Shown in pieces: positions 38,476 through 51,619 of a stretch of 64,000 bases of DNA. The stretch is from positions 60,698,001 through 60,762,000 of the forward strand of contig NC_042997.1 in NCBI RefSeq assembly GCF_006345805.1, given 5' to 3'. The position numbers and the translations under genes are program-made. Each line of letters starts with the position of its first letter. Within the stretch, counting starts at the first letter, position 1. The notes under the pieces were generated by a model, which had not been told where the DNA came from, did not search any database, and worked only from the letters and a program-made list of their open reading frames with translations. Origin of the DNA: Octopus sinensis. Its lineage: Eukaryota.

Positions 38476-41400
38476 ATACTCCAATTCAAGTAATCATATA
38501 TACACACACCACGCACAGTTGAGGTAAAAAGGTCCATGGAAGAACTTATATTAAGAAACAAAATTAGTAAATGAACTAATAGTTAAGACATGAGAAGAAA
38601 ACATAAACAAAAAGTAACTCCCTGTTTAACAGTCATAAATAAATACAACTGTTAAATGACTGTTTAATGGTCAGTTATTAATTTCTAGTTTCGGCACAAG
38701 GCCACAAAGTGTAAAATTGACCTTGATTGGATTTGAACTCAGAATGTGAAAAGATGTAACATAAATATCAGAAAATATTTATTCCAGCATTCTGCTGTTT
38801 CTGCCCCTCTATCACCATTTAACAGTTATTTATCAATAATCAAATTTTACTTTCTTTGCTGTATGCTGTAGCAAACTTTAGTTAATTAATTGCAATTAAT
38901 GTAATCCTTTGTATGACTAGCATACAGCTCAGTAAGTATTTCAACTGCAATAATATTTTATTTATACCAAATGTTTAACCACTGATTGAACATGTCACAG
39001 TTTGCAATACTTCACATAAATTTTTAACATTCTTATGGTTTATGTTTACATCCATAAAGAATGGCTTTTAAACTCTATAGCAAAAGGACTCTATACATAG
39101 TAGTTACTCTAACAATTGTCTTACATTCTTATTGCATGGTATAAAAAGAGACAACCTTCCCCCTTTTATTTCTTTGATTATAATGAAAGCAGTGCAAGGT
39201 AAGGAATGAATAATGAATATTCAAAATGAAGATGGGATGAGAGAGTTTCCTTAAATTGTTGTAAAGCATTTATGAAAATAGGTGCCCTGCTTAATGGAAT
39301 TATAAAATGAAACCATTGCAATAAGTTGGTTGAGATCAAGAATGATAGCCATTAGAGAACTATTTTAGTGATATGTGCTCTGGTTCTAAATGAAGCAACA
39401 TTAGCAGTATTAACTGAATAATCACTTCACTATTGAGTTTGATTTTAATGTTGTGGAGCTGACTGGTTAAGTCCATGGTGTCAGCTTAAAACTTTTAGGT
39501 GTCAGAAGGAATATGTTTAAATACAAATGGAAAAAAAAACCGAACCAAAATTCCATAGTTGTTGTGGTAGGGTGAAATGTAGAGTGAATGTGCTTTCTAT
39601 AAAAAAAAAACACACAAACAATGATAGAATTAGTTCCGATTTAATTAAATTTCTAGGAATGAATTTGAAATATTTTTTAAATTTCAAATTTGTGATGTAT
39701 TTATTGAAAGTATGACTGAGAAATGAAGCAGCTTCTTTGAAATTGCATCATTTTATAAAAAATTTAGGTTTTATTAAAAACATTCAAACATCTACATATA
39801 AAAATAAAGAAAAGAAAATAGTTCACACTCAAAATTAAGAAAACAACAATGAAAGCTGAGAAATTCCTGAAAAAATATTATTTGACATAAATAAAATGAA
39901 AAGAAATCAGCATTCAAGATGTTACATTGTGTAAATTATTTCTCCCATTGATGGAAATAATTATATTGAAAACTTTTCTGAGAGGAAAATATTTATTTGT
40001 ATTTTTGAAAACATCTTATTTCTGTAATACATATCACAGTTCAGCTCCCATGGAAATCTTTTTCTTATTTCTTAGTAATTTCTTTCTTTCAATGGTTTTG
40101 AAGACAGCAATCTAAATAAACCAACCAAAGCTATAAGACCAAAGTAACTATTACAAAGAGACAATTTGAAAATTTGTTTTGTAGCACATAATACAGATTT
40201 TGAGTTATTTTCTTTATATATATATATTCATAGTAATTCATATAATTTCAATTGCATTCATCATTTAAGGTTTTTAAAGTTATGTAATATCAAGAAACTT
40301 CTGGTTAACTTTCAAAAGTTGTATTTCCTTATATATTTGATGGACTTATAAACCATGATATTTGTTGAAAAGGAAAAAAATATACAATGAGCAAAAGTCA
40401 TGTATGAACCAGAAATAAATAATTTTAAAATGTAATCAAATACAAAACAAGCAAAATAAATAAATGAAAATTAAAAAGTTTAAAGAAATATCTATCTATA
40501 ATTTTAGTTTTGATTAAACATCAACCCTTACAAAAAGAAAAAAAAAATCTTTTTTGGTAATGAAACTGATTTTAATTTAAAATATGTGCATACAGTGCTT
40601 ATTTTTCACTAACCTTTCAAATGACCTCCTTTTAGAGTGCTAAGTTGATACTACTGCAAAACTTTGCCTGTCATTTTAAAAGTAGTTATTAGAAAATTCT
40701 GAAGATTTAGAGGTATGTAGCAATATCATGCAGCAGTAGTTTGTTCTAAGCAGTAATGGGAGTTTATTTCATCGGATTCATTACCTAAGACACCAATGTG
40801 TAAAGGAAAAAAATTCAAAGAAATTTAAATTTACAGTTTAATGATTTATTTTTGTAAATAATGTTTTCAGAAAATTTTTCTTTTTAATTCTAATTCTTTT
40901 TTTAAAATGTAACTACTAAAAGGAAATGAACTGAAAAGTTTGTTTTAAAATTATATAATTTTGTGGGGGAAATATTTCACAAGTGAAGTAAGTAAGTAAC
41001 AGAAAAAATGATGTTTTGATTGATGCTCTTAATCAAAAATTTACTAAAATCTAGAAATACAAAGATAGTGGAAGGAAAGAAAATTGAAGAAATTCAATTT
41101 TTAACATTGAAACATCATTTATGCTAATTCTAGGTTCTCAACTTATGTTACTAAATTTGAAGACCCAACAGAAACAAGAGATGCCAAACTATAATTTATT
41201 ATTCATAAAAACAAACTGATGTGATGTTTGTAAAGTAGGGAATACAATCTGAGAAAGATTCTTATAAGTAAATAGACCTTGTGATTTTATAGTAAATTTA
41301 GCTGAGCCTTTTCTCTCTAAAGATGTTAATAATATAATGGGGATTAACTGTGAACAGTTAATCAAGTAGAGCCCTGGTATTTTAAAATTAAATATTTGAT

Positions 41401-43411
41401 ATAATGTGTTTGTATGTAAAAGAAATTATGATACATGTTACTATAAAATTATGGGTTTTTTGAAGATGTTAGACTACCTTTTTTATGTTTGTGGCATCTT
41501 GTTAAGTGCATCACATATATGAGTTAAAATTAGGGACATTTAACTTTTGAATTTCTTTCCTATGAGACCAATAAAACAAATACCAGTAATACACTATGTC
41601 AAGTCAATTAACAACACGTCTTTCTATCCATTAAAAAATACTCTTATTTATTGAATGAAATAAATCCTTATAACGAAGTAAAGTTTCACTTAGTAAATGA
41701 AATAAGCTATTTTAGTGCAGTGGTTCTGAAAATGCTTTCCAATTCTAGTGTTCTACAGAAATGTTGTTTGATTACGATAATGAAGTGCAACTAAAAAAGA
41801 AAACAGCAATTTAAAAGTAGCAAGATTATCTACATGTCTTTTGCATGTTTCTTTCATTTTCTATACTTCTCTCTCTCTTTCTTTCTCATTAATTAACTAA
41901 AATAGTAATGGGGGTAATTAAATTTTCACAAACCATTGTTTTAAACTTTGCCAAAGTTCCATATCTTCATGCTATGTATTTTGCTAGCTAGTGAGGATAT
42001 GGAAAATTCTTAGATAACTGTTTTTCCATAAACTAGTTCAAAAGGAATTCATGTAAATTGATAGTTACCCCTTCTATATACCTTCTAATTAATGCATATC
42101 AACAAAATTAAAATATGAAATATATTTGCAATATAATACAATATTAATTATATTGAGTTATTTTACAGAATTAATAATAATATAAAAAAGCAAAAAGGCA
42201 ATAAAAGTAAAACTATATATGTTAAATTAAAATGTTTGAATTATAACAACAGTTTTAAAAAGAAACTATCCAACATTTTCAATTATAGTTTAGAAGAATA
42301 TCAACATATTTTGAACAATAAAATTCTATAATTTATTGAGTAGCATTGCAAACAATAATTTTAAACTACTCCTGTATAGGAAATCCTTTTGTCATAAATA
42401 CTGTAAGGTAACTAAATAAGGATAATACATGATGAGAGCTCACCAGTAAATTAGCACATTTCTTTTAAAGTATTTTTTCAGAGTATTTTTTAACTCCATA
42501 AAGGTTTATCATTAAATAAGCATAGGAAGATGTAAATTGAATATCTTATATTGATAAACAAATTAAAAATTTTTAAACATTTTCATACTTCGCATTGCTT
42601 TGAAGAGGATCCCTGCCAGAAATGTTAAAACTAAACTTTTCATGGCATACATTTTACAAATTACATTTTAAGTGCTTAATAATTTAATGCTAAATCAGGA
42701 AGAAAAATTCTATTAGAAGTTCAACATCCGAAAGAATTTCAAATGATATCAGTATAATATTTATTTGAAATAAATCACATAGTAATTAGGACCTTAAATT
42801 GTTTATATTATTATGGATTCTATAATCATTTGCAACAGCTGTTTTCTTTCATTATCATAGCTGTGTAGAGTGATGGATTTGAATTTTGTTTATTGTCCAC
42901 TCCTCCCTCCCAATATTTTGATCAGTTTATCCTATCTGCTCACATTTCTCATGATATGAGTTCAATTTAAAATCATTTAGGTAAGTTAGCAATTTTTGAA
43001 TCCATTTTTGTCATTGCATGGATTTGATATTGCTTTTCTGAATTCACAATTAGAACTTAAATAAAAAGATGAGGGTTTGATGTAAGAAAGAGTACACATC
43101 AATGAAATACCAGCCCCAGCTATTGAAATTTACAGACATATTTATTTTTTGTTGAAAACTTATGTTATTAAAGTACAGTGTAAATTTTGTTTAACAAAGG
43201 GTATATTTTCTAATATTTCAACCTTTCAATGGGAGAAGTCTTTATAAGATGTTTTGTTAAACTGTGTTTGTATGTGGTTGAAGAATTTGTTGTGCACACT
43301 TATTCATCATAAGAAATTCAATTATAACTTAATACACAATACATTTGATTTGAAAAGAATATAGGTAAAAAATAAGTCTAGGGCATCCGGTTTTTTTTAA
43401 ACTTTGTAGAT

Positions 43412-43442
43412 CATATATATATATATATATACATATATACAT

Positions 43443-43510
<68 letters not shown>

Positions 43511-43572
43511 TATACACACATATATTTATATATATATATACATATATATTCATATATACATTTATACATATA

Positions 43573-43610
<38 letters not shown>

Positions 43611-43688
43611 ATATATATATATATATATTATATATATATATACATATATATTCATATATACATTTATACATATATATATATATATATA
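43412..43688. repeat. (TA)n/(CA)n microsatellite
   Basis: Seen directly. Confidence 0.95.
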
Positions 43689-45687
43689 TTTAACAAAATG
43701 TAGCATTTCCAAAGATAAATAACAAATAAGAGACCTCCCAATCATTTTATATAATTGAAGTGCTGTGTTGGCTCAGCTGGAAGAATATAAAACCAAACAA
43801 TTTGAGTAGTAATAAGATAAAAATGCAACAGTAAGAGTTTATGGGACTATTTTAACTCATGGATTTCAATGAATTATTTAAATGATTTATGTATTTTACT
43901 TATTAAATATTGTCCATCAATATCAGGCATTGCTGAATATCTGAAAAGGCACGATTTATATGTAAATATAAAGAATATATGTAAATATTCTTCAATGATA
44001 GATTGACCAACAGAAGAATTAAAGCTAACCTAATTAATCATTGATTTGTATTAACCAAGTTTTGTCCATAAATTTAAAACAGAAACCATTATATATATAT
44101 ATATATATATTACATACACATAAATATGAAATGTAATTTAGAATTATTCAAATAATTTGAAAACTATTCAAATTTTTTAATTTAATGAAAATTATTATGA
44201 AATACGTTTATCATAAAAAGTAAAATATCAAGAAAAATAAATAAACAGTTACATGTTCATATCTTAGTTTGTTATTATTTTAAACTAAAATATTAAAATG
44301 CATTTTAAAATTTAAACATTATACTTACATAAAGTCAATCATAACAGAATTTATTTTCCCTATAGTCCTTCATTAATAAATGCTGATATTTCTGACTTCT
44401 AAAATTTAGTGAGGTAGAATTTTAAAAAGACTAACTATAGCTTATATGATGCTGAAAGTTGCTAATTTTTTTGTGTTTTAGATTACTGATCAAAAGAACA
44501 CCAAATAAGATGGATGCCTGGTTTAGGAAATCTTCCTGAATACTAACTGGATGTTATTAGAACAGATGCTTTCCTAGATCTAAGACAAGAGGTTCTTGCA
44601 AATACTGCTAATACACTTTATATTAATGTAAGAATAATTCATCAGTATTCAATATTTTTCTCAAAAACAATTCTAAATATAAAGGATGAAGAAATATCCT
44701 ACAGAAAACCATTTAATAAAGGGAATATCAAACAATCAACTGGGGAATGAAAAAAGTCAGCATCCACAGTTATCAAAAGAAGGGTTAAGTATTTGCCTTA
44801 AAATTGCATAGTCTATAAATGGAAATAATTCAGTCTGTATATATTCCTTCTTTATCATCAGTGCTATGGACCACATAGGTTATAATTTTAACAGAAATCA
44901 TATCTCATATGGTTAGCTTCTAAGTAAGTGATTCAATCATTTTAGAACACAAAACTGTTGGGTTGAATATCTTCCAGCATACTAACATTGATCGAGATAC
45001 TAAAAATCTCTTTCATTAAATAAATACATATTTGTTTAATTACCTTTACACAATTTTTGAATGTTAAAATAGTTCTTTGACTTTCGGAAAATTTCAAAAT
45101 TTCAACTGATGCATATCAGCATGAGGTATTACACATATTGTTCATGTACTGGGACCAGTAGTCACTGATAAAACATAGATCTCTTGTAGATCGAGAGTTA
45201 GGTAGTTGCTGCTCTCACTGTATAATGAACAATAAGGGCAACTTTATTGATGTGAAGAAAGCAGTGTTAAGAGGCCATCAAAACTGTGCCAGCACAGTCA
45301 CAAATTGGTATCAAAAATAGGAAATAAATATCGCATGGGTGTATGGAAAAAATTCAAAATATAGGCAATATGGAAGTTAAATTTTTTGAAAAAAATGTGT
45401 TTTTTTAAAAAATTTTTGATAAGGTTTTGAGATTTTCTTTCATTTATAATTTATTTTTCATTATTCACTCAACAGGAGGAATATGTTCAGCATGTTCAAA
45501 AAGCTGTTCAGTATATAAATATGTGTTCTGGAGTATATTCTTATTGATGATATACAACAGTTTAAGATTTATGACCTTTCACAATCAGCAGGGGAGAAAG
45601 AGCATTATCCAGATAAGGTTTTAGATAAAAAGCAAAAGATAAATATTCCAAGTTTTGCATACTCAAAGGATTTCAATCTAAATTACT

Positions 45688-45843
45688 TCAAACAACAGTT
45701 CCTCGTATTCCTTTATAGCCTTCTCTGCTACAACTTGTCTCTTCTTCAGCATCAGATTCTGAAATGTCATCTTCTGTATCTTTAGAATCTTCAATATTAG
45801 CTGTGTCCTCGTCTTCATCACTGTGAGTATATTCAACTGGTAT
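45688..45843 (-). CDS. Probable terminal coding exon of an unidentified gene: acidic tail ending in a class I PDZ-binding-type motif
   Basis: Acceptor tatattttag|ATA. Phase-0 translation is IPVEYTHSDEDEDTANIEDSKDTEDDISESDAEEETSCSREGYKGIRGTVV*. The phase matches the exon at 60993-61102, and several kb of TE-poor sequence follow. Confidence 0.65.
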   Translation of the reverse strand: MPVEYTHSDEDEDTANIEDSKDTEDDISESDAEEETSCSREGYKGIRGTVV

Positions 45844-46119
45844 CTAAAATATACAATTGATTTTATATGCTTTGAACAAAGAATCATTTATTATCGTATG
45901 ATCATAATGCAGTTCATCTTAATATTTCAATACCAAACTAACTTTTTATAAAAATGTGAACCTGTAAGCAATATAAAACCTTTAGAAAAATTTAAAAGGG
46001 AAGCAAATTTACCAGTGATAAAAAAATCCAAGAAGCTTCAGGTTCATTATAACAATAAAACACCTTTATAAATATGTGTGTGTGGGTGCATAAAGTTGTA
46101 AGGTACCACATGAGTGGAA

Positions 46120-46752
46120 ATATATATGAAAGAAGATTTTAAAATGCAATTTTAAAGATGTTTATTCATTTGACTGGTTTCACTTTTTTAGTGAAAGATT
46201 GTCAAAAGTAAAATGTAAAGCTTTGTATGAGCTTTGTTGTGTTAAGTACTGGTTGTCACATAAGTATTAAAAAACAGAAATACATTCTTTGATGATAATA
46301 AGAAAATGTTAAAAACAGTTTACGAGAAAGTATTTGAGAAAGTAATCAAAACGGGTTCAATAAAAATCATGTTCGTTTGGTAGCATATATATATACACAG
46401 GAGATATATTTAAGAATTTACAAAAAATTGTAGAAGATAACTGACTTACAGTTCTATATTTAAGAGATGAGGAATTATGAGCGTTATTTACATTCAATGG
46501 ATATTTGTCCTCATCTTGTTTGTTGTTAACTCAACATTTTGGCTGATATACCCTCCAGCCTTCTAATCAAAGAATGTATTATCAAAGTATGTATTTCTGT
46601 TTTTTAATACTTTTGTGATAACCAGTACTTAACACAACAAAGCTCATACAAAGCTTTACATTTTACTGTTGACAATCTTTTTCTAAAAAAGTGAAACCAG
46701 TCAAGTGATAAACATCTTTACAATTGCATTTTCTAACTTTCTTTCATATATA
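46120..46752. repeat. Inverted repeat: arms 46120-46293 and 46581-46752
   Basis: gtaaaatgtaaagctttgtatgagctttgttgtgttaagtactgg pairs with ccagtacttaacacaacaaagctcatacaaagctttacattttac. There is a 15-bp tandem duplication at the inner right junction. Confidence 0.95.
46455..46563 (-). mobile_element. Truncated pLTR-like repeat with a relic hammerhead stem II
   Basis: The minus strand reads GAA-GGCTG-GAGGGTATAT-CAGCC-AAAATG (compare CTGATGAA-stem-GAAAC). It is cut off by the inverted arm. Confidence 0.4.
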
Positions 46753-47058
46753 TATATATATATATTATCCAAAATGTTTAGTATTAAATATCCATCATGG
46801 CTGATCTTATCAATCGGTTTCACATAAAGAATACAATGGAGTGTTAGGTAACAATCCAATTATATAACTTTACACTTATCAGAGATAACCAATATGGAAG
46901 GGAATATGGCGACTGCTCTCTATTGTCAGAGGTGGATTAGCACAACAGGTCAGCTGTTGCCATGAAAAAAGTGGTGAAATGAAAAAGGCTAGGGGATTAT
47001 ATATATATGTATATATATGTATATATATATATATATATAATATATATATATATATATA

Positions 47059-48070
47059 AGGTTGGACAAAATAAGGGAAACACCTAGCATCAATAGCATC
47101 ATAATTTTAAGATATCTATAAAACCATCAAAAGCTTGCTTATTTTAATGATTTTTGATTTATTATTACTGTTGCTTAATATGTTTTGCTAAATTGTTGTT
47201 TCTTTTCAGATATCATCAGTAAAAAGTAATTAAAATTCATTAAAATGACAGATCATTGGACTTTCAGAGAGGTCAAATTGTTGGTGCTCATATGGCAGGT
47301 GCTAGTGTAATGAAAACAGCTGAAATATTTGGTGTATCAAGAAGTACTGCCTTGAAAGTTATGACAGCCTTTGAGAAAGAAGGGAAAAAAACTCCTCGTT
47401 GAAACAAAAGTCCGGAAGAAAACCAAAACTTTTGGACTCTTACACAAATTGTACAGCTTCCAAAATTACTGCAGAGCTCAAGAAGCCAGTTTCAACAAAA
47501 ACTGTTTGCTGGGAACTGCACAAAATCAGATTTCATGGGAGAGCTGTAATCAGAAAACCACTACTTTCAAAAACATAAGTTGCAAAACGCTTAGAGTGGA
47601 GTAAAAACCTACAGAATTGGTTCCTAAAGCAGTGGAAAAATGTTATTTTCTTGGATGAGTCATCCTTTACCTTATTTCCAACCACTGGCCAAGTATATGT
47701 GTGGAGACAGCCAAAAGAAGCATCTGACCCAGACTGCCTTCTTCCAACTGTTAAACATGGAGGAGGATCTGTAATGATCTGGGGGGACTATATCTTGGAA
47801 AACCACCGTCCAATGGTTTCCCTTCATGGAAGAATTAATAATCAAGACTGTTTAAGCATTTTATCTAATCAAATTCATCCTATGGTTGTGGAACTGTTTC
47901 CGGAGGGAAACACAATCTTTCAGGATGATAATGCACCAATTCACACTGCAAAAGTTGTTACTGAATGGTATGAGGAACATTCTAGTGAAGTTGAACATCT
48001 TATCTGGCCACCACAGTCCCCAGATCTCAACATTATCGAACATTTATGGTGCATTTTAGAAAACAAGTAT
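47059..48070 (+). mobile_element. Second Tc1/mariner DD36E copy, 3' end missing
   Basis: Left TIR ggttggacaaaataagggaaac. Transposase reads DESSFTLF...TVKHGGGSVMIWG...FQDDNAPIH...WPPQSPDLNIIEHLW; same family as 13551-14809. Confidence 0.92.
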
Positions 48071-48129
48071 ATACAATTTTAGAGAAAGTCAGTCAGTCAG
48101 AACAGGAAGAGGGTCAATGATTGGCATAG

Positions 48130-48625
48130 CAGCTCATCACTTTCTGTAAGGGAAAAGGAGATAACTCAAAAGGAACTGACTACAGAGGCATTGAAATGGT
48201 GGATCAAGTCATGAAAGTATCAATAAAAGTTATAACATAATTAATTAGGAAGAATATTAGCTTCCAAATGTAGCTTGGGTTTGTGCCAGAACAAAATATC
48301 ACTGAAGGTCTCTTCCTAGTAGACAACGATAGAAATTCTTAGAAAAATAGTAAACTAATAGTAAATATAACATTTGTTGATTTGGAAAAGGCTTTTGACA
48401 GAGTACCATGTTTTGTAAGCTCATGGTTGTAAACAAAACTAGCTATAGCTGGATGAGTTGTAGCAGCAAGGTGAGAGTTAGTGATGAGTTCAGTAAGGAA
48501 GCTAAAATAGGTAAGTACCTATCAAGGCATGGTTTTCAGCCTCCTCCTGTTTATTATATTTTTTCTGGTCATAACAGAGGAGTCTGTCCAACCCATGCAA
48601 ACATAGTAATGATGATGATGATGAT
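48130..48625 (+). mobile_element. Decayed RTE RT fragment joined to an RTE (GAT)n tail
   Basis: FVDLEKAFDRVP at about 48373-48408; ends gtccaacccatgc...(gat)n. Confidence 0.6.
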
Positions 48626-50641
48626 ATTTTATTCTTTATATATCATTAGAGATTTACAAATAAAATTTGATCAAATAAATAAAAGTAACTTCAGACAAAT
48701 TTGGGATATATGTTAAATACTTGAAATGAATCACATGAGTAACAGAAACAAATAGAAATGGAGAAAAACAGAATTTTTCTAATTTCTAAAATGTAATAAC
48801 AGCAATAACAAATTATGTTTTGTTCAGTTAATTTAAGAGAAACAGATGCAGCAAATTGGTATAAGCTTCTCCACAGTGGTTGAGTTAATGAATATAACCA
48901 GTATGATACTTTAGTGAACTATCAGAAAGAAAGCTACTGCAGCTTGTTGCTGGTTATAATGATGTGAACAGAAATTAACAACTATTTGACAAAATATCAA
49001 ATTTTCACATCAAATTGTACAGTATATATTCTTCAACAGAAACTGTTAATAACAGGTTGATATTCAGAAAATGTTTAACTAATGATGCAGAAATGCCTAG
49101 ATATTTCAATTCATTTCTTCAAATTCACTTTGATGTAATGATAATTAATTTTAGTAGTTTCATATTGTTTTTATCTTTACCTGACTGTTTTACATGACAG
49201 AAAATTATTTCCTAAATGCTATACACAACTAAAGATATTCATCATACTTTATAAAACAACACAATATCCAACAAACAAGATATACTCCCAACGCATAAAT
49301 TAAGACAATGTCTTTTTGAAATACATTTGTCTTTTATTGCTGTGTCCAAAAAAGAAGGTGATTCTGAGTGTGTGAGATGCTAATTAAAATAGTGTATTCT
49401 AAGGCAAATAGCTTTTCTCTCATTGCAATCATAATGAAAGTTGTCAAAGAGGCAGAAACAATTTCAGATGAAAATATTCAGGATCCAATAGCTTGACTTT
49501 ACACTAAAAGAAATAATTTAACAGAGTACTTCATTGAATTATTGTAATCTGTAGAACCATAAATCACAGTGAAAACAAAGAGAAATCCAGAATATTCAGA
49601 GTAATGTATATAAAAGAAAAGAAATTGTTACATTGTAAATATATACGTAAATATATATTAGATTATAATTTTTTACAAGGCCATAAGTTTTGAGGAGGAG
49701 CAAGTTGATTAAATTGACTAACCCCAGTTCTATAAAGTGTTTATTTTATCAACTCTGGAAAGATGAAAGGCAAAGTTGGATTTGGTGAAATTTTAACTCA
49801 GAGTTGGTAAAATCACCTCAAGGCATTTTGTTCAATGCACTAATAATGCTGCAAATCCACTATATATATAGCAGGAGAAGTATCTAGTTAAAAGAAAACC
49901 ACTATACATAGCATTCATTGACCTGAAGAAAGATTTGAACACCCCAGAAATAGATTACCTGTTCTAGACAGGTATAGATCCCATATATACACACGCAGAC
50001 ACATCTACACACTTACAAACCTAAATACTCACATACATGCATATCATGTCATATCATATCACGAACTAACTGCTACTTTCTCAGATACACAACGGAATTT
50101 TTTCAGTGAACAGGTCGGGGTCTCAAAGTGATGAAAATATTTTGACAAATTAAATTTAAATGTCGAAGTGAATCCAACAGTTTTTGTGTGGTTTTAAGTG
50201 GCTTATAAACATCTTCCATGCTGCAATTGTTTTTGATTCAACACACAATCTCAGTTCAGGTCACTTGCTATGCAAGTACATCTCCATAATATATATATAT
50301 ATATATAAAAATATACAGTATTACAGATCAAGTTTTGCCAATCTTACCAATCAGTTTTGCACCAGGTACTAGGTAACATGATGACTATCTAATGCAGAAG
50401 ACAGAAAAAGGAGAAAGGTCATAATTAGTCAGGGTTCTTTCTTGTGTGATGAGATCGATATTCATCATGAACATCTTGTAGGTTAATATTTAGAGGTTAA
50501 TGTGGGAAAGGAAATTTCAGAAGGTTGCAGTTCTGTGAAGGAAAGACAGAAAAGTGTTCTGAGCAGGGTTTGGCAGGTGAGATACAGTGAGAGTAACAGA
50601 AGGAGACTGGTGGGTTGGTGGACCTAGGTAGAAACTATGCA

Positions 50642-50686
50642 TCACCAGGAAATGATCTCATTAAGCAGTAGTCCTGCAAGTATTAA
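50642..50686 (-). CDS. Possible alternative terminal exon of the minus-strand gene (LILAGLLLNEIISW*)
   Basis: Strong acceptor tttccttgtattttcag|TTA. The phase-0 frame is compatible with the 60993 donor, and the other two frames stop sooner. Confidence 0.3.
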   Translation of the reverse strand, partial: LILAGLLLNEIISW

Positions 50687-51252
50687 CTGAAAATACAAGG
50701 AAACCATAGCAACTGGTGAAATCTCTGTTTTTTAAATAGTGAAGAAAATTAATTAAAAAATGATTCTTTTGCTTGAAAAAAGTAGGACAAAATGAACTAT
50801 GATTTTGAATACAAAGTAAACAATGAAAGCTGACTGAAGCAGTGATGATGACTATTACAGACTCTTTAGACTGATAAGACTGGTGTGATACCTAGCCTAA
50901 ACATTGGCAGATCAATGTTGGGAGTAAAAATATAAGAATTGGTGTGTGGGAACTGTCTGAATTCTTGCAACTCCACACATTAAAGAACCAAGGGTTAATT
51001 CAGAAACCAAGTAATATGTTAAAATAAAATCTCCTGATAGAATTGATATCATGGAAAGAATAATTTTCTTTAGGAAGCAGCATAGGATAAAAGATATGAA
51101 GAAATTGAATTACTTTTATTTTCTTAATTGGTCTCCCATTTTATTTTCCACCAGTTCTGGCAAATATAATGTTTATTTGTTACTACTGTTTTGAATTAAT
51201 CATGCATTATTACAGAATTTAAAGATTTCAATGATGTGACTGTAAATTCTGA

Positions 51253-51288
<36 letters not shown>

Positions 51289-51440
51289 GATGAGCATCTT
51301 CCACTCACAAGGCTTTGGTTGGCCCGAGGCTATAGTAGAAGACACTTGCCCAAGATGCCATGCAGTGGGACAGAAGCTGAAAGCATGTGGTTGGGAAGAA
51401 AGCTTCTTATCATACAGCCATGCCTTTGCCTTATATATTC

Positions 51441-51619
51441 TGTAAATAATAATTATAAGCTCAAGCTTAAAAGCATTCACCATATATTGGCTATAGAAAA
51501 TACTCTAATATTGGGGCATATAGGCTCTCAATGGCTTATACACCCCGATATTAGACTATTTTCTATAGCCAATATATGGTGAATGCTTTAGACGCTTAAA
51601 CTTATAATTATTATTTACA
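51441..51619. repeat. Near-perfect hairpin (about 85-bp arms, 8-nt loop)
   Basis: aagcattcaccatatattggctatagaaaata pairs with tattttctatagccaatatatggtgaatgctt; pairing extends out to tgtaaataataattataag / cttataattattatttaca. Confidence 0.95.
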
